Notes: generated by a model from the letters alone, not told the origin. A stretch of DNA of 64,000 bases from a candidate division WOR-3 bacterium (GCA_025060715.1 JANXBG010000003.1:412-64411), one strand, 5' to 3'; positions 37,369-45,535 are shown, counted from the first letter of the stretch. Numbers and translations: made by a program.

Positions 37369-37911
37369 ATGGTTCCAAAAAGAGTTTTTTTCACTAAAGG
37401 AGTTGGAAAACATCGTGACCGTCTTTCATCTTTTGAAGCTGCTTTGAGAGATGCAGGTATTGCTCAATTTAATATTGTTCAAGTGTCAAGTATTTTACCA
37501 CCTGGCTGCAAAATCATTTCTAAGCAACAAGGATTGAGGTATATTGTCCCTGGTGAGATTATTTTCTGTGTGATGAGCTCTAACGCTACTAATGAGCCTC
37601 ACCGTTTAATTGCCGCTTCTGTGGGGGTGGCGATTCCTCGGGATAAAAACCAATATGGTTATCTTTCAGAATATCATTCCTTTGGTGAATCAGAAGTGAA
37701 AGCGGGTGAATATGCTGAAGATTTAGCAGCCCAAATGTTAGCCACTACCTTAGGCGTAGAGTTTGATCCTTATACCAGTTATGATGAAAGAAAAGAGATT
37801 TGGAAAATATCGGGTAAAATCTATCGAACAATGAATATTACCCAGACAGCAATTGGTGATAAAAACGGCTTATGGACAACGGTAATCGCGTGTGCCGTTT
37901 TAATCCCGTGA
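37369..37911 (+). CDS. pdaD: pyruvoyl-dependent arginine decarboxylase
   Basis: 180 aa. FFTKGVGKH...[18 protein letters not shown] carries the Ser-Ser self-cleavage site, as in archaeal PdaD (LIRISSIMPP). Confidence 0.85.
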   Translation: MVPKRVFFTKGVGKHRDRLSSFEAALRDAGIAQFNIVQVSSILPPGCKIISKQQGLRYIVPGEIIFCVMSSNATNEPHRLIAASVGVAIPRDKNQYGYLSEYHSFGESEVKAGEYAEDLAAQMLATTLGVEFDPYTSYDERKEIWKISGKIYRTMNITQTAIGDKNGLWTTVIACAVLIP

Positions 37912-38927
37912 AAGAAGAATTTTTAAAAGAGCCAACAAAGCCTTTTGAGATAGACCCAAATGATTCAATATATGACATTTTAAAAAAGATGGAAAAGATT
38001 TCCTTTCAGGGAAGAACCCTTGCTCAAGCATTAAGTATTTGGGAGAAGATGCTTTTGGATGATGTGATTATCTTCTTTGGATTGGCGGGAGCAATGGTTC
38101 CAGCAGGAATGAGAAAGATAATTGTCTATTTGATAAAAGAGAGATTTATAGATTGTCTTGTTTCTACCGGTGCTAATCTTTTTCATGATATCCATGAGAT
38201 AAGGGGGAAATATCATTATCTTGGTAATCCCAATGTGAATGATATTCTATTAAGAAAATGTAAAATTGATAGGATTTATGATACTTTTGCTAGTGAGGAG
38301 GAATTTATTGATACAGATAATTTTATTATTTCTCTTTGTGAGAAATTTGAGCAAAAAAGATTTTATTCCACAAGAGAGTTTTTATATCTTTTGGGTAAGG
38401 AATTAGATGAATTTAAAGAGGAAGGAATTTTAAATACCGCTTATAGATATAATATTCCAATCTATTGTCCAGCAATTGGGGATTCTTCCATCGGTATTGC
38501 CTTGACTGAAGGAAAAAGAAAAGGAAAGGTAGATATAAAATTTGATGTGATAAAAGATGTTTATGAGACTGCTTATTTAACTTCTTTAAAGAAATCAGGG
38601 GTTATTTATATTGGTGGTGGAATTCCTAAAAATTTCATTCAACAGACCGAAGTTACTGCTCCCTTTTTGGGGTTTAAAACTAGTGGCCATTCTTATGCTA
38701 TTCAGTTCACAATGGATGCTCCCCATTGGGGCGGTCTTTCTGGTTGTACTTTTTCTGAGGCCCAATCTTGGGGCAAGATCTCTTTGGATGCTAAGATGAT
38801 AACCTGTTATTGCGATGCCACTATTGCTTTACCAATCGTTGTTACTGCCTTGGCGCAGAAGAAGATAAAAAGAAATAAAGTTATTCAATTTAAAGATTTA
38901 GATAAGGAAGAATTTAAAATAATTTAA
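37872..38927 (+). CDS. deoxyhypusine synthase-like protein (DHS / homospermidine-synthase-type)
   Basis: It has an NAD-binding [11 protein letters not shown] motif and the catalytic-lysine block [11 protein letters not shown] (compare the eukaryotic EAVSWGKI), plus [14 protein letters not shown]. The likely true start is GTG 37908, overlapping the pdaD TGA (GTGA). Confidence 0.8.
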   Translation: MDNGNRVCRFNPVKEEFLKEPTKPFEIDPNDSIYDILKKMEKISFQGRTLAQALSIWEKMLLDDVIIFFGLAGAMVPAGMRKIIVYLIKERFIDCLVSTGANLFHDIHEIRGKYHYLGNPNVNDILLRKCKIDRIYDTFASEEEFIDTDNFIISLCEKFEQKRFYSTREFLYLLGKELDEFKEEGILNTAYRYNIPIYCPAIGDSSIGIALTEGKRKGKVDIKFDVIKDVYETAYLTSLKKSGVIYIGGGIPKNFIQQTEVTAPFLGFKTSGHSYAIQFTMDAPHWGGLSGCTFSEAQSWGKISLDAKMITCYCDATIALPIVVTALAQKKIKRNKVIQFKDLDKEEFKII

Positions 38928-38948
38928 AATAGTTTAAAAGGAGGGGAT

Positions 38949-39242
38949 ATGGCAATTGTTGATATTAGTGTTGTGCCTATCGGCACTGGTACACCCAGTG
39001 TTAGTAATTTTGTAAAAGAGGCAATTGAGATAATTAAAAAATCGGGTTTAAAATATCAGGTAAATCCAATGGGAACAACTATTGAGGGAGATTTGGTAAA
39101 AATTTTAGATTTAGTAAAAGTAATTCATCAACATTATTTTGTTCTTGGTGCTCAAAGGATATTAACCACAATTAGAATTGACGAAAGGATTGATAAGTAT
39201 CAGACAATGGAAGAAAAAGTAAAAAAAGTGATTGAAGAATAG
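38949..39242 (+). CDS. MTH1187/YkoF family (DUF77) thiamine-binding-like protein
   Basis: 97 aa. The sequence AIVDISVVPIGTGTPSVSNFVKEAIEIIKKSGLKYQVNPMGTTIEGD is typical of the family. Confidence 0.7.
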   Translation: MAIVDISVVPIGTGTPSVSNFVKEAIEIIKKSGLKYQVNPMGTTIEGDLVKILDLVKVIHQHYFVLGAQRILTTIRIDERIDKYQTMEEKVKKVIEE

Positions 39243-39250
39243 GAGGATTT

Positions 39251-39538
39251 ATGTCCTCTTTGTGGGAAAAAGTAAAAAATTGGTTAGAGGATACCACTAA
39301 ACAGGTTTTAAAGGAGACCGAAGATTTGTCACGGAAAGGAAGGTTAAAAATGCAAATCAGTTCTTTAAACCGTGAGATTGATAAGAAATTTTCTTATTTA
39401 GGAGGCTTGGTTTACCAACTGATTAATGAAGGAGAAAGTGATATTAGTAAAAATGAAAAAGTGAAAGAAGTAATAGAGGAAATAAAAAAATTAGAAGAGG
39501 AATTAAAATTAAAGGAGGAGGAATATAAAAAAGTTTGA
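39251..39538 (+). CDS. small coiled-coil protein, unknown function
   Basis: 95 aa, Lys/Glu-rich heptad-like sequence. AGGAGG lies upstream, and its stop overlaps the next start (ATGA-type overlap). Confidence 0.35.
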   Translation: MSSLWEKVKNWLEDTTKQVLKETEDLSRKGRLKMQISSLNREIDKKFSYLGGLVYQLINEGESDISKNEKVKEVIEEIKKLEEELKLKEEEYKKV

Positions 39539-40305
39539 TGGATGAAAAAGAAAGAATATTAAGATTATTGGAAGATGGAAAAATTTCTGCAGAAGAGGCA
39601 ATAAGATTATTAGAACTTTTAACTAAAAAAGAAAAGAGAGCTTCCTTCTTTGATATCTTTGAAGAAATTCCAGAAGTGATAAATGAAATTTTTATTAAAA
39701 TTGGCGACTCCTTAAAAAGCCATCAAGAAACTTTATTTCTCTCTCCAAGAAATAAAATAATTATTGAAAACGTGGGAGGAGATACTCAGATTTTTGGCAA
39801 AGATATTTCAGAAATAAAGATTGAAAGGAGAGGATTGGCTAAGATTAATAGTGAAAAGGATTTTTTAAAAATCTCTTCCTTAAAAGGAGATATGAAAATT
39901 GAGACCAATTATGATACCGAAATTGAAATTTCCACAATTAGGGGAGATTTTTCTCTTTTTTCTATTAAAAAGAAAATAGTTTTCCAAACTGCTTCCGGAA
40001 AGATTTTTGGTAAGGATATTTCGGGTAAGATTAAGGGAGAGACAATTTCAGGAAATATGGAATTTATGATTGACGATTTTTCGGAAATAGACCTTCATAC
40101 CAAAAGCGGTGACATTTTTTTAGAGTTGAAAGAAGATACGGAGGCAATTTTAGAATTTTATGGAAATAGAGAAAAGATGATCTGTGATTTCCCTTTAGAG
40201 GTTATAGAGGAGAGAGAGGAGTATTTAAAAGGGATTATTAATAAACCAAAAAATTTAATAAAAATAAGAAACGAATTGGGAAGACTAAAGATAAGAAAAA
40301 GATGA
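39535..40305 (+). CDS. DUF4097 (YvlB/LiaX-like) beta-repeat protein with an N-terminal SHOCT-like helix
   Basis: The N-terminus is ERILRLLEDGKISAEEAIRLLELL. Repeated short beta units follow (GDTQIFGKDIS, GDMKIETNY, GDFSLFS, GKIFGKDISGKIKGETISGNMEF, GDIFLEL). Confidence 0.5.
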   Translation: MMDEKERILRLLEDGKISAEEAIRLLELLTKKEKRASFFDIFEEIPEVINEIFIKIGDSLKSHQETLFLSPRNKIIIENVGGDTQIFGKDISEIKIERRGLAKINSEKDFLKISSLKGDMKIETNYDTEIEISTIRGDFSLFSIKKKIVFQTASGKIFGKDISGKIKGETISGNMEFMIDDFSEIDLHTKSGDIFLELKEDTEAILEFYGNREKMICDFPLEVIEEREEYLKGIINKPKNLIKIRNELGRLKIRKR

Positions 40306-41066
40306 AAAAGATTCTTTTAACAAATGATGATGGAATAAATTCGCCCTCTTTGGAATATCTGTATGAAAAATTAAAGGATTTGGGAGAGGTTTATGTTTGT
40401 GCTTCTGACGAAAATCGTTCAGCGGCCAGTCATTCATTTACACTAAGAAAGCCGATAAAGATTTGTGAAATAAAGAAGAATTGGTATAGTGTTTCTGGAA
40501 CACCAACTGATGCAGTTTTACTCTTTTATCATGCCCTTTCCAATAAAAAAGTTGACCTTTTGATTGCAGGAATAAATGATAGTCCAAATTTAGGAGAGGA
40601 TATTTTATATTCCGGAACAGTGGCTTGTGCTTTGGAAGGAACGATTTTAGGGATTAATTCTTTTGCTGTTTCCTTTGTTGAAAATAACAAAAACTTAGAT
40701 GTTGCTTTAGAATTGGTTTATAATTTGGCAAAAAATATTTTAAAATATGGCTTACCCAAAGGTACTTTTTTAAATATTAACATTCCCAATAAAGAGATAA
40801 AGGGGATAAAGATAACAAAATTAGGGAAAAGGATATATAAAGATATGGCTTTACCAGTAAAAAATGAAAATAATGAATTATGCTATATTATTGATGGTGA
40901 AACAGATTTTGAGCATAAAAGAGGTTCTGATTTTACAGCAATTGAGAAGGGCTATATTTCAATAACTCCTCTTCATTTGGATATGACCAATTATAAAGTG
41001 ATAAAAAATTTACAAAAAAGGTTTAGAAATTTATTAAAAATTAAGACTAAACATAAGGAATTTTAA
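40302..41066 (+). CDS. surE: 5'/3'-nucleotidase SurE
   Basis: The N-terminus is MKKILLTNDDGINSP. It also has SGTPTDAV, GINDSPNLGEDILYSGTVACALEG and ISITPLHLDMT. Confidence 0.9.
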   Translation: MKKILLTNDDGINSPSLEYLYEKLKDLGEVYVCASDENRSAASHSFTLRKPIKICEIKKNWYSVSGTPTDAVLLFYHALSNKKVDLLIAGINDSPNLGEDILYSGTVACALEGTILGINSFAVSFVENNKNLDVALELVYNLAKNILKYGLPKGTFLNINIPNKEIKGIKITKLGKRIYKDMALPVKNENNELCYIIDGETDFEHKRGSDFTAIEKGYISITPLHLDMTNYKVIKNLQKRFRNLLKIKTKHKEF

Positions 41067-41089
41067 AACAATATCATAAATTTAAATTA

Positions 41090-41117
41090 TTGACGAAAAA
41101 AATAAATTTATTATAAT
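41090..41117 (+). promoter_or_regulatory. sigma70-type promoter, leaderless type, of the radical SAM gene
   Basis: TTGACG (41090-41095), 16 nt, TATAAT (41112-41117), 7 nt, then ATG at 41125. No SD. Confidence 0.5.
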
Positions 41118-41124
41118 TTTTGAA

Positions 41125-42561
41125 ATGAAAAAAGAAGAAAATTTAATAATTAAAATAATAAAATTAGGAGCAAATTTAGACCGATTAGTTCCTTTTTCAC
41201 CGATTAGAGGACTTTCTAAATTCACTTTTAATTTATTCTCACCGAAATTAAAAGAAGCTTGTTTAAATAAAGAGCATACCTCTTCTTATCAAGTGGGTTT
41301 GGACCTTTATTACATGATTTATGCAATGTTGAATTCAGCTTTAAGAGTTTCCTGGTCGATAAACTCTTTAAATATTTTTTTAAGAGCAATCTTTCAAAAT
41401 AAGGATGCTTCAAGAATTAAAAGGGAGTGGCGCGAAAAATATGGTGAAGGTCCACCGGGATTCTTGGTTATTTCGCCAACAAAGGCTTGTAATTTAAAAT
41501 GTTATGGTTGTTATGCGAATGCGGCTAAAGAGAGGGATAAATTACCAAAGGAGGTATTTGAAAGGATAATAAGAGAGGCGATTAATCTTTGGGGTGTTAG
41601 GTTTTTTGTTATTTCTGGTGGTGAGCCGTTGATGTATAAAGATAAGGGAGAGGATTTACTTTCTATTTTAAGCAAATTTCCTGAAGCGATATTTTTGTTT
41701 TATACGAATGGTTTATTAATAGATGAGGAGCGAGCGAAGAGGATGGCGGAGATGGGAAATGTGACGCCGGCGATATCGGTGGAAGGTTTTAAAGAGACGA
41801 CCGATAAAAGGAGGGGAGAGGGCAGTTTTGAGAAAATCTTAGAGGTTATGGAAAGATTAAGGAAGAAAAAGGTGTTATTTGGTATTTCATTAACGGCGAC
41901 GAGGTATAATTGCGAAGAGATACTTTCTAATGAGTTTATTGACTTTTTCTTTTTTAAGATAAAAGCGGCGTATGGTTGGTTATTTCATTATATGCCGATA
42001 GGTCGGGATGCTGATCCCAGTTTAATGCCGACACCGAAGCAGCGAATATGGATGTGGCAAAGGAGTTGGGAGATAGTGAAGAAGAAAAAGATAATGATTG
42101 CCGATTTTTGGAATCACGGGACAACTTCTCATGGTTGTATTGCTGGTGGTAGAGAAGGTGGTTATTTTCACATTAATTGGCATGGTGATTGTGCTCCTTG
42201 TGTATTTTTCCCTTATGCGGTGAGTAATATAATTGATATTTATAATCAAGGTGGAAATTTGAACGATGTCTTATTTACACCTTTTTTTAAGGCGATAAGG
42301 GAATGGCAGAAAGGGTATGGGTTTTTATCAGGTGGAAAAGTGAGTGGGGATTGGCTAAGACCTTGTCCAATAAGGGACCATTTTTTAACGGCTAAGAAAA
42401 TGATTGAAGAATACGGTGCAAGACCCATTGATTATGCACCAGAAGAGAGTCTAAAAAACCAAGAATATATAGAAAAAATGGCAAACTACGATAAGGAATT
42501 AGAGGCTCTTACTACACCGATTTGGGAAAACATTTATTTAAATCATCATTCTAAAAAATAA
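41125..42561 (+). CDS. radical SAM protein with a C-terminal Cys-rich (SPASM/twitch-like) region; substrate unknown
   Basis: The CX3CX2C motif is at PTKACNLKCYGCYA, with a GGEPL motif (ISGGEPLMY). The auxiliary Cys region is SHGCIAGGREGGYFHINWHGDCAPCVFF...LRPCPIRDH. A ~115-aa N-terminal extension precedes the core. Confidence 0.8.
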   Translation: MKKEENLIIKIIKLGANLDRLVPFSPIRGLSKFTFNLFSPKLKEACLNKEHTSSYQVGLDLYYMIYAMLNSALRVSWSINSLNIFLRAIFQNKDASRIKREWREKYGEGPPGFLVISPTKACNLKCYGCYANAAKERDKLPKEVFERIIREAINLWGVRFFVISGGEPLMYKDKGEDLLSILSKFPEAIFLFYTNGLLIDEERAKRMAEMGNVTPAISVEGFKETTDKRRGEGSFEKILEVMERLRKKKVLFGISLTATRYNCEEILSNEFIDFFFFKIKAAYGWLFHYMPIGRDADPSLMPTPKQRIWMWQRSWEIVKKKKIMIADFWNHGTTSHGCIAGGREGGYFHINWHGDCAPCVFFPYAVSNIIDIYNQGGNLNDVLFTPFFKAIREWQKGYGFLSGGKVSGDWLRPCPIRDHFLTAKKMIEEYGARPIDYAPEESLKNQEYIEKMANYDKELEALTTPIWENIYLNHHSKK

Positions 42562-45016
42562 TAATTTTTATTGCCCCTTTTTTATTATTTTCATCTTTTA
42601 AAAAATAAATTCCTTTTGAAATTTTATTCAAATCATCTAATTTTAATAAATTTCCATTTTTATTATAAATTTTAATGTTTGAAAAAAGAAAGTAATTTTT
42701 TATTCTTTCTCTATTTTCTTCTTTTAAGAAAATTATTGATGTTTTAAATTTGAAATTACTTTCCAAATGTTCCTCAATACCTGTTTGGGAAAAGGTTAAT
42801 TTAAAAAATATGTCCCAATTTCTTAAATTTCTATTGTCCTCCCAGGTATAAGCTACATAACGTGAATTTGCGGCACAACTTTGCCACGCCCATTGGTGAA
42901 CATAAGGATAAGGGTCAGTATGAATACAATAATTTCTACCAATTCTTCTACCACTAATGTGAAATTTCTGTGCCATCACATTTAAATTCCCTTCTTCACG
43001 AAAATCAGTAAAAGTTACATACAAAATAGTATCCCCATCATAAGCCCAAAAGGGATACCAATGGTCACATCTAAAATTATCATCGTTGATTTTAAATTCT
43101 TCACCGATTATACCATTCTCATTAGCCCGCCGCCCATAAATTTCGACACTTCCGCCACGTTGATCCATCCATACAATCCATACAATATCATTTTTATCTT
43201 TAATAATAGAAGGTGAAGAAACGTGGGTATGCGGGGTAATTCTAATCGGCGGTGTTAATGGTTGATAAAGAGAATCAAATTTTCTTAAATAAATATATCC
43301 GTCATCCCAAGCCACCCAAAAACTTTTATCGTTATTTAAATAAGGAGAAGGCCAATAACCTCTTTCATTAATTCTGAAATTTCTGCCAATTGGTTCACCA
43401 TTTCTTCTATAAAGTTGACAATAAGGAATTAATTCATTATGCGGACTCCAAGCGATGATAAAATCTCCCGAATCGTTTATAGAAACAAAAGATGGGGGCC
43501 AAGCCTCGGAAAAGGAATTTTCACTCACTTTAATATTTTGGCCGACCCTATTTCTATCCTCATCAAAAATTTGACAATAAACATTATAATTACCCTCTCG
43601 GTTATCATTCCAAACCACTACCGCCCTTCCTTTTTTATTTACTGCTAAAAAGGGAAATACCTGGTTATTTCCTTGACCGTCATCATTTATTCGGAAATTA
43701 TTCCCAATTTTGATTCCTAAGCTATCAAAATATTGTCCGTAAATGTCAATATCTCGAAAACCATTCCGGTGGTCATACCAGACAACAAGAGAATTTCCCT
43801 TTTCATCCATTCCTACACACATAAAGTCTTGAATAGAAGAGGCAAAATCATCATTAATTTTAAAATCGTTTCTTAAAGGATGAGCAGCATAAATATCTGG
43901 ATTATTTTCCCTTGAATCCTCCCAAACTACTAAATAAAGAGTTTCGTTCGCCAAGGCAATCTTTGGTGTTACTTGACCGACTGAAAGATTAGAGATAGGG
44001 AAATTATTACCGATTTTATTTCCCATTGAATCAATAAATTGGCCATAAATTTTACAACCTTCTCGGGTATCACACCATACAATAATAGATTTTCTTCTAT
44101 CCGATAAAGTAGTAATCGCTGGTTGCCTTTCCCAATTTATTGGAAAGGTATCATTAATGAGAATTGGTGAAGTTAGGCGTTGACCAGTAGAATCAAAAAG
44201 AATAAGGTAGATATTTCGGTAAATACCGGTTTCTTCTTCACCACCCACAAAAAAATAGCCATTTTTATCCATTGCACAAAAAGAATTTTTTGCCGGAAAA
44301 GGAAAGATATAAAAACTATTTCCTAAAGGTATGCCAGTTTTGGAAAATCTTCTTCCGTAAAGATAACAACTATTACCGATTTTTTGCGTCCAAGTAACAA
44401 GAAAACCCGAAGAGTTAGCCGAGACGGAAGGTTGAAATTGTTCATATCCTGTCATTTCGCTTATCCGAAAATTGGAAGAAATAAAATTGAAATTAGAATC
44501 TAAAATTTGACCATAAAGAGTTCTTATTCCCTCTCGCCAATCTTCCCAGATAAAGATATAGTAATTTTGCGAAATTGCTACTTTTGGTAAATCCTGATTT
44601 ACATTTTGCCAATCGTCATTTAAAATAATCATTGGAGAAATTGGTTGTAAATTTAAATCAAAAAATTGGCAATAAATATCCCAGTTCCCCCTCCTTCTGT
44701 CGGGATAAACAACAACAATTTTATTTTTATTAATCGCAATATCTGGGGCACCATTGCTGTAATTCCAAATATTTCTTGAAGGTTGATCTTCAATAAGGTT
44801 AATATTTTTATTAATTTTATTACCCAAGATATCTAATTTTTGTAAATAAAGATCGCTATCATAATCATTTACCCGATAATCTAACCAGATAACATAGAAA
44901 TTAAAAAAACTATCTATGGCAATCGCAGGAAAATATTGAGGAGCGCCTCCAGTTGTATCGTCGTTTACAAGAATCTCTTCCCCTATTTGAAAAAAAAGAA
45001 AAAAAAGGAAAATCAT
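42551..45016 (-). CDS. secreted ~14-repeat beta-propeller-like protein with a T9SS tail
   Basis: About 14 units of ~55 aa follow the form (V/I)(V/I)W.D.R.G..(D/N)IY(G/C)Q.F...G..(I/V)G.NF.I(N/S). Examples are VWCDTREGCKIYGQFIDSMGNKIGNNFPIS, VVWYDHRNGFRDIDIYGQYFDSLGIKIGNNFRIN and VVWNDNREGNYNVYCQIFDEDRNRVGQNIKVS. The tail is IKIYNKNGNLLKLDDLNKISKGIYFLKDENNKKGAIKIIIF. Confidence 0.6.
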   Translation of the reverse strand: MIFLFFLFFQIGEEILVNDDTTGGAPQYFPAIAIDSFFNFYVIWLDYRVNDYDSDLYLQKLDILGNKINKNINLIEDQPSRNIWNYSNGAPDIAINKNKIVVVYPDRRRGNWDIYCQFFDLNLQPISPMIILNDDWQNVNQDLPKVAISQNYYIFIWEDWREGIRTLYGQILDSNFNFISSNFRISEMTGYEQFQPSVSANSSGFLVTWTQKIGNSCYLYGRRFSKTGIPLGNSFYIFPFPAKNSFCAMDKNGYFFVGGEEETGIYRNIYLILFDSTGQRLTSPILINDTFPINWERQPAITTLSDRRKSIIVWCDTREGCKIYGQFIDSMGNKIGNNFPISNLSVGQVTPKIALANETLYLVVWEDSRENNPDIYAAHPLRNDFKINDDFASSIQDFMCVGMDEKGNSLVVWYDHRNGFRDIDIYGQYFDSLGIKIGNNFRINDDGQGNNQVFPFLAVNKKGRAVVVWNDNREGNYNVYCQIFDEDRNRVGQNIKVSENSFSEAWPPSFVSINDSGDFIIAWSPHNELIPYCQLYRRNGEPIGRNFRINERGYWPSPYLNNDKSFWVAWDDGYIYLRKFDSLYQPLTPPIRITPHTHVSSPSIIKDKNDIVWIVWMDQRGGSVEIYGRRANENGIIGEEFKINDDNFRCDHWYPFWAYDGDTILYVTFTDFREEGNLNVMAQKFHISGRRIGRNYCIHTDPYPYVHQWAWQSCAANSRYVAYTWEDNRNLRNWDIFFKLTFSQTGIEEHLESNFKFKTSIIFLKEENRERIKNYFLFSNIKIYNKNGNLLKLDDLNKISKGIYFLKDENNKKGAIKIIIF

Positions 45017-45022
45017 TAATTA

Positions 45023-45050
45023 AATATATTTAAAAAAATTTTTATGTCAA
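45023..45050 (-). promoter_or_regulatory. sigma70-type promoter, leaderless type, of the 821-aa cargo gene
   Basis: On the minus strand: TTGACA (45050-45045), 16 nt, TATATT (45028-45023), 6 nt, then ATG at 45016. Confidence 0.45.
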
Positions 45051-45183
45051 ATAAAAGTAAATGTGTTAAGACCTGGTTAACAGCTTAATAAGAAATTATA
45101 AAATAATAGGCGTTCCTGAGAAAAAGACCCCTTTACTAACGCCAAAGGAATACTAAACATATTTTTGATAAAAAGTGCTAACC

Positions 45184-45535
45184 TTTGTGGGTGTTTTTTC
45201 GTTATATATAAAGGAGAAGTTTATGGCTAATAAGATAAGAAAATATTATTTCTCTTTGGACTGGGATTATCTAACAAATTGCTAAAGAATTTAATTAAGA
45301 AAAAAGGAGGTATTAGGGAAGTTATATATTTCTTTGTTAAAAAATAATTAAGTAATTCTTTTAGATATTTTCTTAATGCTACCTTGATAAGACAAGGGGG
45401 TTTTACTTTCTATAAAGAAGGGGGCAGTATAGTATATGGTATAGGTATTAAATAATAATTTGGTTTGCAGGTAAAACAAAGATTTGGTTTTTAAGTATAC
45501 TGATATTTCTTTTATGACAACGAAAAGAGGTTTAA
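45184..45535 (+). repeat. intergenic repeat family, copy A (longest)
   Basis: It aligns with the reverse complements of 25455-25826 (copy B) and 56711-56855 (copy C). The core 45391-45444 is ACAAGGGGGTTTTACTTTCTATAAAGAAGGGGGCAGTATAGTATATGGTATAGG. It carries a ~85-nt insertion (about 45211-45290) absent from B. Confidence 0.7.
45223..45285 (+). CDS. candidate 20-aa ORF inside the copy-A-specific insertion
   Basis: AAGGAG lies 6 nt before the ATG. The peptide is MANKIRKYYFSLDWDYLTNC. No other support. Confidence 0.15.
   Translation: MANKIRKYYFSLDWDYLTNC

Noticed and set aside
37072-37413. 113-aa minus-strand ORF from the ORF track
   Set aside because: It runs antisense through the hand-folded tRNA-Ala (37278-37349) and its promoter. 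Its sequence is low-complexity, and there is no SD or promoter geometry. It is most likely spurious.
37872-38927. Idea that the DHS-like enzyme hypusinates the EF-P encoded at 53606
   Set aside because: DHS chemistry targets a lysine, and this EF-P has Gln at the loop tip (KIAQRRA). The genes are also 15 kb apart. A polyamine (homospermidine-type) role is more parsimonious, and the hypusination idea remains untested.
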